Virus record (IMG/VR): IMGVR_UViG_3300042197_004075
Location: 1-64,000 of that record
From: a virus
Strand: one strand, 5' to 3'
DNA: 64,000 bases
Part shown: positions 18,771 through 30,300 of the stretch, in pieces
Layout of the letters: every line of letters starts with the position of its first letter
Numbering within the stretch: position 1 is the first letter of the stretch
Notes under the pieces: model-generated
What the model saw: the letters and a program-made list of their open reading frames with translations, nothing else
Database searches by the model: none
What the model was told of the DNA's origin: nothing
Made by a program: the position numbers and the translations under genes

Positions 18771-19575
18771 TGAATATTTTTTCAAGAATAGTTACTATTT
18801 CTTGTGGTTCTTGATTTGGCGCAAACCACTCATCCCATTCAGGGGTTTGAGGACGATATTCGTAGCCTTGATTTGATGACGAATGCTCGGCTCCCCAACT
18901 ATGAATCAATCCAGCTTTGGGATCAAAGCAAACATAAACATTAAATTGATTTACTTTTTTATGATCCGGTGCTTCTAAGCCGTAGCCTTTGTAGCTAAAA
19001 TAAATTAAATAATTGTTAACATCCAATTGAATAACCCCTTGAAAATTCATCACTTGCGGATGTTTCAATTTCATGTTTGAGGCTATTTTGATGACAAGAT
19101 CTTGTAAATCTTGATAAGTAACATCTGGGCTTTCAAGGTCTGTTGAATCAATAAAAGTAATAATTTCATTTGCTCTAATAGCAAGCATTTTTTCTACAGC
19201 AATGTCTTGTATTGTTAAATGTTCGTAGTCGTTAATAACTGGAATGGCATATCTTGTGATCCACTTTGAATCTCCTTGAGCGTCTTTAATCATTCTTTGT
19301 ATTGTGATTCTGCATGATCCAAGTGGAGAAAATTCAACCCTAAGTGATCCCACTTGGTCTTTTGGCCCATAAGTGACCATGTTCCCAAAATCTTTAACTG
19401 GTATCTTGGTTCCAACATTTCCAAGACTCACAATTTCATCCAAGCAAGTTTCAACTTGTAGTTGTTCAATTGGATGTTGTTCGTAATTTAATGCGATTGG
19501 TGAGGTTTTTTTATTTGGATTTGTAAACCCAAAAAGCTTATCTGGTGAAGTGCCAATCCATTCGTAAAATTTCAT
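18760..19575 (-). CDS. Hypothetical protein, candidate virion protein
   Basis: MKFYEWI start; TATAAATA upstream on the minus strand (19613-19620). Confidence 0.75.
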   Translation of the reverse strand: MKFYEWIGTSPDKLFGFTNPNKKTSPIALNYEQHPIEQLQVETCLDEIVSLGNVGTKIPVKDFGNMVTYGPKDQVGSLRVEFSPLGSCRITIQRMIKDAQGDSKWITRYAIPVINDYEHLTIQDIAVEKMLAIRANEIITFIDSTDLESPDVTYQDLQDLVIKIASNMKLKHPQVMNFQGVIQLDVNNYLIYFSYKGYGLEAPDHKKVNQFNVYVCFDPKAGLIHSWGAEHSSSNQGYEYRPQTPEWDEWFAPNQEPQEIVTILEKIFTTY

Positions 19576-19619
19576 AGGTAGCCTGTTATAGAATAGTTAC
19601 TTGTATATTATATATTTAT

Positions 19620-19904
19620 ATGCAAACATTTAAACAATACATGGAAGCAAAACATCCTAGGAATACTTTGGACTCTAAAGAAAAATCATTCGCAGCACAA
19701 CTTAAATTAGGTAATATAACGCCAGAAGGTATGCAAACCAACAGAATATCTGGAACTGATAAAGCTGAATTTATGGCCAACCTAAGAAATTGGAGTGTTT
19801 TTCAAAAATTACCTAAAGAAAAACAAGAAACAATTTTGGATACAATCAATGATAAGCCCGATGTAACAAGTTTTGCTGATATTTGTGATTTGATTTATGA
19901 TTAA
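19620..19904 (+). CDS. Hypothetical protein, candidate internal head protein
   Basis: MQTFKQYMEA; TATATA 5 nt upstream. Confidence 0.7.
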   Translation: MQTFKQYMEAKHPRNTLDSKEKSFAAQLKLGNITPEGMQTNRISGTDKAEFMANLRNWSVFQKLPKEKQETILDTINDKPDVTSFADICDLIYD

Positions 19905-20423
19905 CTATTTTTTAAAGACTGCTACACCCCTGTGTGCGTAAAATCCATCATAAAGTTTTTTTTCACCCTCTGTGGATAATATTATTTTCGATTTATACTT
20001 TGACATCATTCTTGCTGATTCTTTTCTTGCTGAGTCATGAAGTACAATCGTACCATCATTAGATATTAAATCAAATGCTAGATCCAAGCAAGCATCTCGA
20101 TAATTACCATCAACAAGAATAAATTCATATTTTTTATTTTTTGGTCTATTTATGTAGTTACTTTCTGTTTTTTCAAGTATTAATGTTACTTTTGATGAAA
20201 CAACATTTTTAATCAATGCATAGTGACTTGGACAATGTTCTATAGAGTACCAATTTTGTACTGACTGATTTTGTATCGGAAAATATAAAGTTGAATTACC
20301 TGAACCCCATTCTAAACAATTTGTATATTTATTATCTGTTAATATATCATTGATGATTCTAATTTCAGAATCAGCCATCATAGGAAGAGAACCAACACAA
20401 TCTTTTAATTTTTTTACACTCAT
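19905..20423 (-). CDS. Class I SAM-dependent methyltransferase
   Basis: LEWGSGNST, SIEH, ILVDG.YR, G.IVLHD. Confidence 0.8.
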   Translation of the reverse strand: MSVKKLKDCVGSLPMMADSEIRIINDILTDNKYTNCLEWGSGNSTLYFPIQNQSVQNWYSIEHCPSHYALIKNVVSSKVTLILEKTESNYINRPKNKKYEFILVDGNYRDACLDLAFDLISNDGTIVLHDSARKESARMMSKYKSKIILSTEGEKKLYDGFYAHRGVAVFKK

Positions 20424-20435
20424 AATATGTATTTA

Positions 20436-21845
20436 TTATTTTATTTCAATACTATGACCTTCTTTTTCAAGAATTTTGATTCTTTTTTTAGAATGTTTTT
20501 TTAGATATGGGTTATTTTCAAATAGAAAGTCAATATAAAGAACTGCGTCTTTGTCATCAGCTGTCCTGAGACCTCGACCCATGCGCTGAATGATTAAATG
20601 ATCGGCTTGACCACCAGCAGCATTAATAAGATTGTGGATTTTAACATTGATTCCAGTATTGAATATTTGTTGAGTGGCTATTGCGATACAACTATGTTTT
20701 GAAGTTTGCAACATATCAATTACTTGTTTGCGAGTTTCATTATTATCTTGACCAGTAATCCAATAAGCATTAGGTATTAAAGTTTTTAGATTGTCTCCAT
20801 GTGCAATTCTATCAACTAGGATAAGTGTTCTTCCAGTAAGATTAAGACATAAATCGTAAACCTTTTTATGGAACAAACTATTTTTGACAATACCATTTTC
20901 GATAGCATCTTGATACAATTCGTATTGTAATTCAGGTTCGGAAATCTTATAGAAAATACAAGATGATTTTGATAACCTTCCTGTTTTTTGCAAATCTGAT
21001 GTTTTAATAATACCTGTTTCGGTTGTATTGGTTTTGAAAAGTGGGCCAAAATATCCTTTTACCAAATATTTGTGTACCTTATCTGATTCTCCATATTTGA
21101 ATGGTGTTGCGCTTAATCCAATTCGCATACTTGCACTTTTAAGTTGTTTATAGATTTCTTTTGATTGTGCGCTAACCATTTCATGTACTTCATCAACAAT
21201 AAGCACCTTGATATTTTTTAATTTGTCACCAAGATGATGTGCGCTTTGAACAGTCGCCACAGTAATTGTGTTAGGATTTACTGAATTACCCCATAATGTT
21301 CCAGCATTAGAAACCTTCCATCTTAACATTTCTTCATAGTTTTGAATTGCTAAATCTTTTTTGTTCTGTAGCAATAAAACAGATTGTCCTTCTTTAATAG
21401 ACTTAATAATACTAGCTAGGATAAAACTTTTACCAGAACCTGTAGGAGCATAAACAATACCACGCTTGTATTGTAAAGCTTGATTTACAAGATCAACTTG
21501 ATAATCAGTTAGTTCAATTTTAGAAGAATAGTCTATAGTTTGTAAATAATTTTTATCTATAGTATTGTGTAATAATTCTATAGATACTGAATTGTTAATT
21601 ATTTGTGGTATTTCGTTAAATTTTTTAATAGCTGTTACGACTTCAGGTAGTATTCCAGTTAGGAATTTACCTGTTTTATTACTGAAAAAATTAACATAAC
21701 CATCCCATTTTTTTTGTTTATATAATGGATGAAAGTGGTATCCTTTTTGCCTGAATCTTAGGTTGGCATACAAATATTCCATTAATTCAGCATTATCAGT
21801 TTCTATTTGTGATTGATCGTTATTAATTGTTAATTTTATAGACAT
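20436..21845 (-). CDS. uvsW: UvsW-like SF2 helicase
   Basis: KWDG N-terminal motif, YQ, PTGSGKS, VDEVH, GLSAT, NTGIN, QRMGRGLR. Confidence 0.85.
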   Translation of the reverse strand: MSIKLTINNDQSQIETDNAELMEYLYANLRFRQKGYHFHPLYKQKKWDGYVNFFSNKTGKFLTGILPEVVTAIKKFNEIPQIINNSVSIELLHNTIDKNYLQTIDYSSKIELTDYQVDLVNQALQYKRGIVYAPTGSGKSFILASIIKSIKEGQSVLLLQNKKDLAIQNYEEMLRWKVSNAGTLWGNSVNPNTITVATVQSAHHLGDKLKNIKVLIVDEVHEMVSAQSKEIYKQLKSASMRIGLSATPFKYGESDKVHKYLVKGYFGPLFKTNTTETGIIKTSDLQKTGRLSKSSCIFYKISEPELQYELYQDAIENGIVKNSLFHKKVYDLCLNLTGRTLILVDRIAHGDNLKTLIPNAYWITGQDNNETRKQVIDMLQTSKHSCIAIATQQIFNTGINVKIHNLINAAGGQADHLIIQRMGRGLRTADDKDAVLYIDFLFENNPYLKKHSKKRIKILEKEGHSIEIK

Positions 21846-22922
21846 TTATTTGTACCATATAATTTTTGACTCAGCCCTACTTGCAGCGGTGTAATTCCAT
21901 CTGTTTTGTTCCCACAACGAACTTGGTTCCTCAAAGACTGCAATTGAATCAAACTGATCACCTTGCGCCTTGTGGCATGTGATTGCATAGGCGTAATCCA
22001 TTATGATTGCTTCATTCCTATAATAATCTAGTAGATCTTGTGGTATTTTTTCGAGATTAAATGTCTCTGGTGCGTATGTGAGTTTTTTAGCCAACCATCC
22101 ATCAAACTGTAAATCTACAGTTGAATGATTACCATCTTTTGAAATATTTTTTATGACACCTTGTTGTCCATTAAATACACCATGCGTTCTATTATTTTTT
22201 AGTACGATGATTTTATCTTCAACAAATGGATGGTCAGGTAATTTTAAATATGAACGAATTTTATTGTTCAAAAAAATTCTTGTTTTATTGTACGCACAAA
22301 TTATTTGCTCTACAGAAATTAAGTCAGACAAAATCGCATCTTGTTTTTTCATTATTCTTACATCATCGTTGTAAGATTTGAAGTCGAAAGCATTTCTACC
22401 TTGGCGTAGATGATCTGCAAAATGTGCAATTATACCCGCATTTCGATGGATAGTTTCCAACTTGTAGTCGGGGTTTGACATAATGTTGAATTTGGCATTA
22501 CCAATAGGAGGAAGTTGACCATGATCGCCAACAAAAATAATCGGCTTTTTGAAAGAACTTAAATCATTAAATAATTCTTCACTTATCATACTAGATTCAT
22601 CAATTATAAATCCTCTTGCATTTAAACTTCTTGGTTTTTTCAAATTGTAACTAATTTTGTCATTTTCATTCACTTCAACATTATAAATTGTGCTGTGTAT
22701 TGTTTCCGCTTCATATATCTGTTTTCTTCTTAATATGTTTGTAGCTTTTCCCGTAAAGGCACACACTTTATAATTTGATAAATTTTTAAGCAATTCTTGT
22801 ATAATTGTTGTCTTGCCGGTTCCAGCATAACCACCAAGAGATACAATTTTTTTAGTTTTTATATCACCTAGAATATTTTTTATAACAGCAACTTGTTCAT
22901 CTGTATATTCGACGCTTGACAT
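21846..22922 (-). CDS. Dda/RecD-like SF1B helicase
   Basis: GYAGTGKTT, AFTGKA, TIHS, IDESSM, GDHGQLPP, YAITCHKAQG, YTAASRA. Confidence 0.9.
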   Translation of the reverse strand: MSSVEYTDEQVAVIKNILGDIKTKKIVSLGGYAGTGKTTIIQELLKNLSNYKVCAFTGKATNILRRKQIYEAETIHSTIYNVEVNENDKISYNLKKPRSLNARGFIIDESSMISEELFNDLSSFKKPIIFVGDHGQLPPIGNAKFNIMSNPDYKLETIHRNAGIIAHFADHLRQGRNAFDFKSYNDDVRIMKKQDAILSDLISVEQIICAYNKTRIFLNNKIRSYLKLPDHPFVEDKIIVLKNNRTHGVFNGQQGVIKNISKDGNHSTVDLQFDGWLAKKLTYAPETFNLEKIPQDLLDYYRNEAIIMDYAYAITCHKAQGDQFDSIAVFEEPSSLWEQNRWNYTAASRAESKIIWYK

Positions 22923-23048
22923 AATTGTTGGTCCCGCTTGAATTTTCTTTATTATAAACGAAAAATCTGTTAAATAAAGAAAAATAATGTTGTATCTTAG
23001 AAATTCTTCTGCGAACAATAAATAATAGGTCTAGATATAGGAGTTGAG

Positions 23049-23231
23049 ATGAAATCAGACGAAGAGTTCATTGACAACACATATCAAAAAATCTGTGATA
23101 CAGATAAAAATCTTGATAAGTTGCAAGAAAGACAGTCTTATCTAGATAATATGCTTGATGCATTATTAGGTCTGAAAAAAGAAAATATTATTACAAAACA
23201 AATTAGTGTTAAAAAACCAGCCCACTTATAA
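23049..23231 (+). CDS. Small hypothetical coiled-coil protein
   Basis: AGGAG RBS. Confidence 0.55.
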   Translation: MKSDEEFIDNTYQKICDTDKNLDKLQERQSYLDNMLDALLGLKKENIITKQISVKKPAHL

Positions 23232-23648
23232 TTATATTCTATTTTTAACATTTAAATAGAATAAATAACTATCTTTCCCACCGGGTTTTAAGCTTTTTGC
23301 ATTTTGTCTATAATCAATTACAAGTTTTGTTTTTTCACTTTCATACATCAAAATATCTTTCAATCGTGATAAAACTGTAGTAATAAATTCTTTTGATCCA
23401 GTAATACGAATTCCGTCTTCTTGAATTGTAGTTCCTTTGTGGGTTGCCTCAATTGGTCGTAATGCTAATGGAATACTTGGAGCTATAGTTTGCCAAAATT
23501 TAAGTGTCTCTTTTTTGCTTGCTTTCCATGGCTTTAATTTTCTTGCATAAAAAGAATAAGGAGTTGGCGCAGAAACAGGAGCAACATCTGCTGTTGTTGA
23601 TGTCGGAGCAAAATCAACTTCTTCCAAAAATTGGTAAAAACTTTTCAT
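23232..23648 (-). CDS. Hypothetical protein, candidate internal head protein
   Basis: MKSFYQFLEE start. Confidence 0.75.
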   Translation of the reverse strand: MKSFYQFLEEVDFAPTSTTADVAPVSAPTPYSFYARKLKPWKASKKETLKFWQTIAPSIPLALRPIEATHKGTTIQEDGIRITGSKEFITTVLSRLKDILMYESEKTKLVIDYRQNAKSLKPGGKDSYLFYLNVKNRI

Positions 23649-23652
23649 TTGT

Positions 23653-23662
23653 AATATATATT
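23653..23662. promoter_or_regulatory. Putative bidirectional late promoter
   Basis: Palindrome AATATATATT in an 18-bp gap; TATATA core is 6 nt from each divergent ATG. Confidence 0.6.
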
Positions 23663-23666
23663 CAAT

Positions 23667-24071
23667 ATGATATCAATTTATGAATATAGAATTAAAAATA
23701 ACTTGTTTATGGAAGAGGATGCACCAGCGGGGGGCGCACCAACACCCGCAGCTGGAGGAGATGCAGGAGGATTAGGTGGAGGCGCACCACCACCGGCAGC
23801 TGGAGGAGATGCAGGAGGACTTGGTGGAGGTTTAGGTGGAGGGTTAGGAGGTGGAGGGCCAACACCACCGGCACCTGATATGGGTGGTGGTTTAGGAGGT
23901 GGATTAGGTGGAGCGGTGGGGGCTGGAGGGGCTGTATCTGATATAACAACAAAACTAGAGATATATAATTGGGATTCAATATTACAAGAATATTTCAGAA
24001 ATAAAGACAAAGAATCTGATGAAAAAAAGGATCGGGATACTATCAAGAGATTATCTTCACAGTTTTTTTAA
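23667..24071 (+). CDS. Gly/Pro-rich low-complexity protein
   Basis: Repeated PAAGGDAGGLGG and GGGL units. Confidence 0.75.
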   Translation: MISIYEYRIKNNLFMEEDAPAGGAPTPAAGGDAGGLGGGAPPPAAGGDAGGLGGGLGGGLGGGGPTPPAPDMGGGLGGGLGGAVGAGGAVSDITTKLEIYNWDSILQEYFRNKDKESDEKKDRDTIKRLSSQFF

Positions 24072-24125
24072 ACTTGATTTTTTGACCTGATCAGTTATAT
24101 TTTCTTAAGCCAAGAGGGCATTCAT

Positions 24126-25220
24126 GTGACAGTAAGTAGTTTTCTTCTATTTACAGATTTACACGCACATCCACATAAAAAATCTGAGCAAAGACTCAAT
24201 GATTGTTTGGAAACTCTTAAATGGGTGTTTGAAACAGCTAAAAAAAATAATATTAAAAATATATTGTTTGGTGGCGATTTTTTCCACGATAGAAACAAAA
24301 TTGATCTGCTTACTTGTCATCAAACATTTAGTTTGATGAAAAATTATCTAGATGGAAGCATAAATTTATATCTTGTTTTAGGAAATCATGATCTATGGTA
24401 CTACGAAAAAACATCAGTAAGCGCAGTTACCATGTTTTCTTCTTTGCCAAATGTAACTATTATTGATAAACCGCAATCTATGCGTATAGATGGTATCAAA
24501 TGGCACTTGATACCTTTTACTCATGATCCAACAAATACATTACAAGCACTTGATTCAGATATCGATGATAAGACATTTTTGTTAGGTCATTTGGCTATTG
24601 ATGGTGCTAGGCTGAATAGTGCTGGAAGTATTTCGGAAGTTGAAATTGAACATGATGGAGATATGATTAAAATAAACAAGTCTTTGTTTTCACGATATAA
24701 ATCTGCATTTTTGGGGCACTATCACGGATATCAGACTTTATCAAAAAATCTTGAATACATTGGAAGTCCGCTTCAATTATCATTTGGAGAAGCTAATGAA
24801 ACAAAACATATTCTGCATCTTAAAATTGAAGATACAGGAGAATATCAAAAAGAATATATTGAAAATGAATTTAGCCCAAGACATTATTGTGGTACATCCG
24901 AGCAACTATTACTTATTCCTAAAAAATTCCTAGAAAAAGCATTTATTACTTTGATTTCATCACATGAAAATAAACAAGATATTGCTCAAGAAATAGAAGA
25001 GCTTGAAAAATCTGGAATTAAAACAATAAAAGTAAAAAAACAAGTAGAAAAAGACTCTGCCGAAGATACAAGCACAGTACAAACATCAAAGTCAATTCTT
25101 GAGAATACAGAAACCATGGTTGAACAATATGTTAAACATTTAAATCCTACAGCTGATCATGAAAAATTAATCAAAATTGGTAAAATTATAGTATCTGCGA
25201 CAAATCTGGAGGATGAGTAA
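24126..25220 (+). CDS. Mre11/SbcD-like nuclease (T4 gp47-like)
   Basis: DLH, GDFFH, GNHD, GH, GHYH, YIGSP.QLSFGE. Confidence 0.93.
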   Translation: MTVSSFLLFTDLHAHPHKKSEQRLNDCLETLKWVFETAKKNNIKNILFGGDFFHDRNKIDLLTCHQTFSLMKNYLDGSINLYLVLGNHDLWYYEKTSVSAVTMFSSLPNVTIIDKPQSMRIDGIKWHLIPFTHDPTNTLQALDSDIDDKTFLLGHLAIDGARLNSAGSISEVEIEHDGDMIKINKSLFSRYKSAFLGHYHGYQTLSKNLEYIGSPLQLSFGEANETKHILHLKIEDTGEYQKEYIENEFSPRHYCGTSEQLLLIPKKFLEKAFITLISSHENKQDIAQEIEELEKSGIKTIKVKKQVEKDSAEDTSTVQTSKSILENTETMVEQYVKHLNPTADHEKLIKIGKIIVSATNLEDE

Positions 25221-27229
25221 TGCACAAGATAAAGTTTAAGAAATTAGTTATTCAAAACTTCTTGTGCTTTGGCAAGGAAGCAACAATAATTGATTTTGAC
25301 AATTTAAATAAAGTTATTTTAGTTAAGGGTCAAAATCTCGATACAATTTCGGATATTGATGATAATACAAGCAGTAATGGATCTGGTAAAAGTTCTATAC
25401 TTGATGCATTTATTTATGCTTTATTTGGCAAAACAGTCAAAAATCCAAAAAAAATTGGTGCGAAAGATGTTATTAATAATATTATTGGCAAAAAAATGGT
25501 TCTTGAAATTTATTTTGACGATTATAAAATACAACGAACTAGAAAGCCTGATAGTTTAAAATTTTGGAAATGTCCTGAAGGTAAGTTTGATGATGCCTCT
25601 GAACTTACAAGAGGTGAAATGCGACAAACCCAAGCCCTTATTGAATCAGTTCTAGGTTTTTCCTATGATACAATGAAATCAATTTGTGTCTTTACAGATA
25701 ATAATTCAGATAGTTATTTAGAATCATCAGCACAAGAAAGAAGAAATATCATTGAAAATCTTTTAGGTTTAGAAAAATATAGAAAATTTCACGAAAAAAC
25801 AAAAGAATTTATTAAAGAAAATAAATCAGATATACAAATAAAAAATAGTGCTAAAGACAGTATTGTTCTTTTGAACACTTCTAATAAACTTAATTTACAA
25901 ACTTATCAAGAACAAAAACAAAATTGGAAAACTCAAATACAGAATGATATAGATAAATATGAACTTGAAATAAATATGCATAAAAAGCATATTGAGAATA
26001 TCTATAGCAATAATACAGAACTTCAGAAATATAATGAAGCTCAAAACGAAATTGTAAACAAGGAAGATTTGCTATCAACACAAAAAACCAAGCTGGAGTT
26101 TCACGAAGATTTAGTAAATAAGATTCAAGAAAAGGCTGTTGAAATTGTTAAATCTATTCAAGATTTAAAAGATGGACTTACACCTATTACAACAGAAATG
26201 GCCGTATTAAATAATGATCTGAAAAATATAGATATAATAATCAATAAAATACAAAATTTATCTGATGGGGTGCAATGTCAGCATTGTTTCAATAATGTTT
26301 CCCATAAAAATTGCTCTACAATTTTATCAGATAAACTTCAAGAAAAAAATGTCATTGATAAGATTATTATTGATAAAGCACAAATTATTGAACATACTAA
26401 ACAGTCAATTCAAGAAAAGCTGAACGATCATAAACAAGCTAATGATGTTGCAAAAACAAATACATTAATAATCAAAAATATTAAAGATAATATTTTAAAA
26501 TTTGAAAAAGAGATTGCTGAACTACGCAAAATTCAAAAACCTGAAACAGCTACTATGGTTGATCTCATCAATAACAAAATTACCTCTCTAAAAATTTCTG
26601 TAATTGAGAAACAATCAACACTCAATAAAAAATCTCCATATTGTGATTTGATTGATCAAGTTACAAAGCAAATTGAAGATGAGAACACTAAAATAAAAAC
26701 TATTGAATTGGATATATCTGATCTTAAAAATAAAGCTGAGTTATATGATTTTTGGCTTGAAGCTTTCAGCGAAAAGGGCATAAGAAAATTTATTATTGAA
26801 CAAATTCTTCCTGTTCTTAATAAGACAATTGAAGAAATGTTGGATATTTTAATTGATGGCAAATTAACATTAATTTTTGATAGTGAATTTAGTGAAAAAA
26901 TTAGTAAATTTCCTGAATTGGTTGAAATGCCTTATGACTTATTAAGCAACGGCCAAAAGAGAAGAATTAATCTTGCGTTGTCTCAAGCTTTCGCATATGT
27001 GAGACAACTAAATGTCGGAAATTATCCTAGTGTTATGTTTCTTGACGAAGTTTCAATAAATATGGACAGTCAAGGAAATCAGGCTATTTACAATCTCATA
27101 AATGATATAAGCAAAGAAAAACAGGTATTTGTGACAACTCATGATAGTGAACTTCAACAGCTGATTTATGGTGGTAACTGTGACAATATCTTGGTTCAAA
27201 TGAAAGATGGATTCTCAAAAATAGTATAA
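25220..27229 (+). CDS. Rad50/SbcC-like ATPase (T4 gp46-like)
   Basis: NF..F, NGSGKSS, coiled coil with CQHC hook, LSNGQ, FLDE, TTH. Confidence 0.93.
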   Translation: MHKIKFKKLVIQNFLCFGKEATIIDFDNLNKVILVKGQNLDTISDIDDNTSSNGSGKSSILDAFIYALFGKTVKNPKKIGAKDVINNIIGKKMVLEIYFDDYKIQRTRKPDSLKFWKCPEGKFDDASELTRGEMRQTQALIESVLGFSYDTMKSICVFTDNNSDSYLESSAQERRNIIENLLGLEKYRKFHEKTKEFIKENKSDIQIKNSAKDSIVLLNTSNKLNLQTYQEQKQNWKTQIQNDIDKYELEINMHKKHIENIYSNNTELQKYNEAQNEIVNKEDLLSTQKTKLEFHEDLVNKIQEKAVEIVKSIQDLKDGLTPITTEMAVLNNDLKNIDIIINKIQNLSDGVQCQHCFNNVSHKNCSTILSDKLQEKNVIDKIIIDKAQIIEHTKQSIQEKLNDHKQANDVAKTNTLIIKNIKDNILKFEKEIAELRKIQKPETATMVDLINNKITSLKISVIEKQSTLNKKSPYCDLIDQVTKQIEDENTKIKTIELDISDLKNKAELYDFWLEAFSEKGIRKFIIEQILPVLNKTIEEMLDILIDGKLTLIFDSEFSEKISKFPELVEMPYDLLSNGQKRRINLALSQAFAYVRQLNVGNYPSVMFLDEVSINMDSQGNQAIYNLINDISKEKQVFVTTHDSELQQLIYGGNCDNILVQMKDGFSKIV

Positions 27230-27272
27230 ATTTGACTATAATTAGGCCTTAAAATCCCGTTACTATTTTTTC

Positions 27273-27300
27273 TTGATTTTTTCTTAAAGATTGCTACACT
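27273..27300 (+). promoter_or_regulatory. sigma70-like promoter for RNR
   Basis: TTGATT-16-TACACT. Confidence 0.5.
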
Positions 27301-27347
27301 AATGGATACATAATTTTTCAAGCGTAAAAAAATTAGTTGGGGGAATC

Positions 27348-30300
27348 ATGACACTAAAAGCTTTAGCTGATTATACATTTATTTCTCGTTATGCAAGATA
27401 CAATAAAGATCTTAAAAGAAGGGAAAGTTATCACGAAGCAATTGATCGTGTCAAAAATATGCATCTTGAAAAATATCCAATGGCTAAAGCAGAAATTGAA
27501 TTTGCATTTAAACATGTTCATGAAAAATTAGTTTTAGGTTCACAAAGAGCGTTACAATTTGGTGGGAAACCAATATTAAATAAAATGGCGAGAATTTACA
27601 ATTGCTCGGCAGGGTATTGTGATCGAGTAAGGTTTTTTCAGGAAGCCACATGGCTTTTGCTCTGTGGTGTAGGTGTAGGCGTTAGTGTTACAAAAAATCA
27701 TATTGCAAAGTTGCCTGATTTTCATACAAACCTTGAAAAACCATCTGATTTTGATACTGCCAAAACATTTGTGATTGAGGACAGCATCGAAGGATGGTCA
27801 GACGCATTTGGTGTGCTTTTAGCGTCTTATATGCCACACGATGAATTTAATGCTTATCATGGTCGGTATGTAGAATTTGATTACAGTAAAATTAGGCCCA
27901 AGGGATCAGCCCTGTCTTATGGGGTTGGCAAGGCACCCGGCCCTGATCCATTAAAAGCAAGTCTTGAAAAATGCAGACAAGTTTTGAATACTTGTTTGAC
28001 TAATAATCAAAGAAGACTTAGACCAATTGATGCAATGGATATTCTTCTTCATGCATCAGATTGTGTTATATCTGGCGGAATTCGTAGATCTGCTGTCATT
28101 GTTTTGTTTTCAAAAGATGACATGGAAATGATGACCGCAAAAACAGGAGATTGGTATTATACTAATCCGCAAAGAGCAAGAAGTAATAATAGTGTGTTGC
28201 TTGACAGAAAAACAACAACTTCTGAAGAATATCACCAACTTTTTGCATCAGCAAAGCAATTTGGTGAACCCGGAATTGTTTGGACTGATTGTGTTGAAGA
28301 ACAATTATTTAATCCTTGTGTTACATCAGATACAACAGTAGTTACAAAAAATGGAATTGTTCAAGTAAAAGAATTAGTTGGACAAAAGTTTGATGCACTT
28401 GTTGATGGAAAAATTTATTCATCAACACAAGAAGGTTTTTGGAAAACAGGAACTAAAGATGTAATTAAATTAACATTTGCATCAGGAAGAGAATTGAAAC
28501 TTACATCAAATCATAAGGTAATGACATTAGACGGATGGAAAGAAGCTGGAGAAATTTCGTTTGAAGATGAAATTGTGATACATGATCATTCAGAAAACAA
28601 TTCAATTAGTGTAGATAAATTTTCAAAATCTTACGCACAAGGTTATTTACTTGGATCTTTTATTGGAGATGGCAATACAACTGGTACAAAAGAAAGTGTC
28701 CAAGTAAAATGGTGGGGGAAAGATAGGTATAATTATAGAAAAGATGGTTGTGATTTATTGGAACAAGCAGAATGGCAAAATTGCCATCATAATAAAACAA
28801 CAATTAATGATTGTAAAAATTCATATTGTTGTATAGAATCAAAAAAATTATTTAATTTTGCTAAAGAACAAGATTGTATTGTTGATGGTAAAAAATGTTT
28901 ATCATTAAAAGCTATCCAAGGAAATTGGTCCTATCTAGCGGGAATTGTTACTGGATATTTTGATGCAGACGGAACAGTATTAGTCAAAAAACAAAAAGGG
29001 TCATCAATTAGACTAGCATCCGTTGATTTATCAAATTTAAAACATATACAATTAGTTCTAGGAGCTTTTGGAATATTTAGTAAAATATACCAAAATCGCA
29101 GGGCAGCAGGATTTTATGAATTGCCAGATGGACACGGAGGATCAAAACTCTACCCAGTTGAAGAAGCACATGAGTTGATTATTAGCAGAAATAGCATTGA
29201 AAAATATGCAAAACATATAGGCTTTAGAAACATAGATAAAAGCAATAAATTAAATAAAATTTTATCAACAAGAGTTAGAGTGCCATACAGATCAAAATTT
29301 ATTGATAAAGTTGTTAACAAAGAATTTATTGGAAAACATGATGTTTATGATTGCACTATAGACTCAATACACGCTTTTGATGCTAATGGCGTTTATGTTC
29401 ATAATTGCAACGAAATTTCATTAAGAGGATATGACGAATCTGGTGACTCTGGTTTTCAATTTTGTAATTTATCAGAAATTAATGGAAGCAAGCTTGTAAG
29501 TGCGGAACAGTTTGCTTTAGCTGCAAGAGTTGGAGCAATCGTTGGAACATTGCAAGCTGGATATACAGATTTTGGTTACTTGGGCAAAGCAAGCGAAAAT
29601 ATCACAAGAAGAGAAGCACTTCTAGGTGTGTCTATTACGGGAATGATGGACAACCCAGACATTTGTTTCAACGCACAACTTCAGCGTGATATGGCACAAT
29701 TAGTTATACAGACTAATAAAGAACTTGCTGCAAAAATAGGTATTAATCAAGCTGCAAGATGCACAACAGTAAAGCCCGCCGGAAGCACTTCATGTCTGCT
29801 TGAGACGGCAAGTGGTATTCATCCTCATCATGCACATAGATATTTTAGACGAGTGCAAGCCAACAGTATGGAAGCACCAGTTCAATTATATAAAAATTAT
29901 AATCCTGATGCTGTTGAATTATCTGTATGGTCTGCAAACAAGACTGATGATGTTATAACATTTATGTGCGAAGTGCCAAATCATGCCTTGACTAAAGGCG
30001 ATGTTGGTGCAATTAAACTACTTGAGTTTGTTAAATTAACTCAAGAAAACTGGATAGAGAGCGGAAAAGTAAAAGAACTTTGTGCGGCACCTTGGTTGTG
30101 CCATAATGTAAGCAACACAATTAATGTTGGTCCTGATGAGTGGGACGCTGTAGAAAATTTTATTTATAAAAATAAAGAATCATTTGCCGGGATATCATTG
30201 CTTGGCAACACAGGAGATCTTGATTATAATCAAGCTCCATTTACAAAAGTGCTAGAGTCTGACCAAATTCTTGAAAAATATGGTCATGGGTCTTTATTTG

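Noticed and set aside
23678-24046. Pro-rich antisense ORFs
   Set aside because: Mirror of the GGN codons of the Gly-rich plus-strand gene
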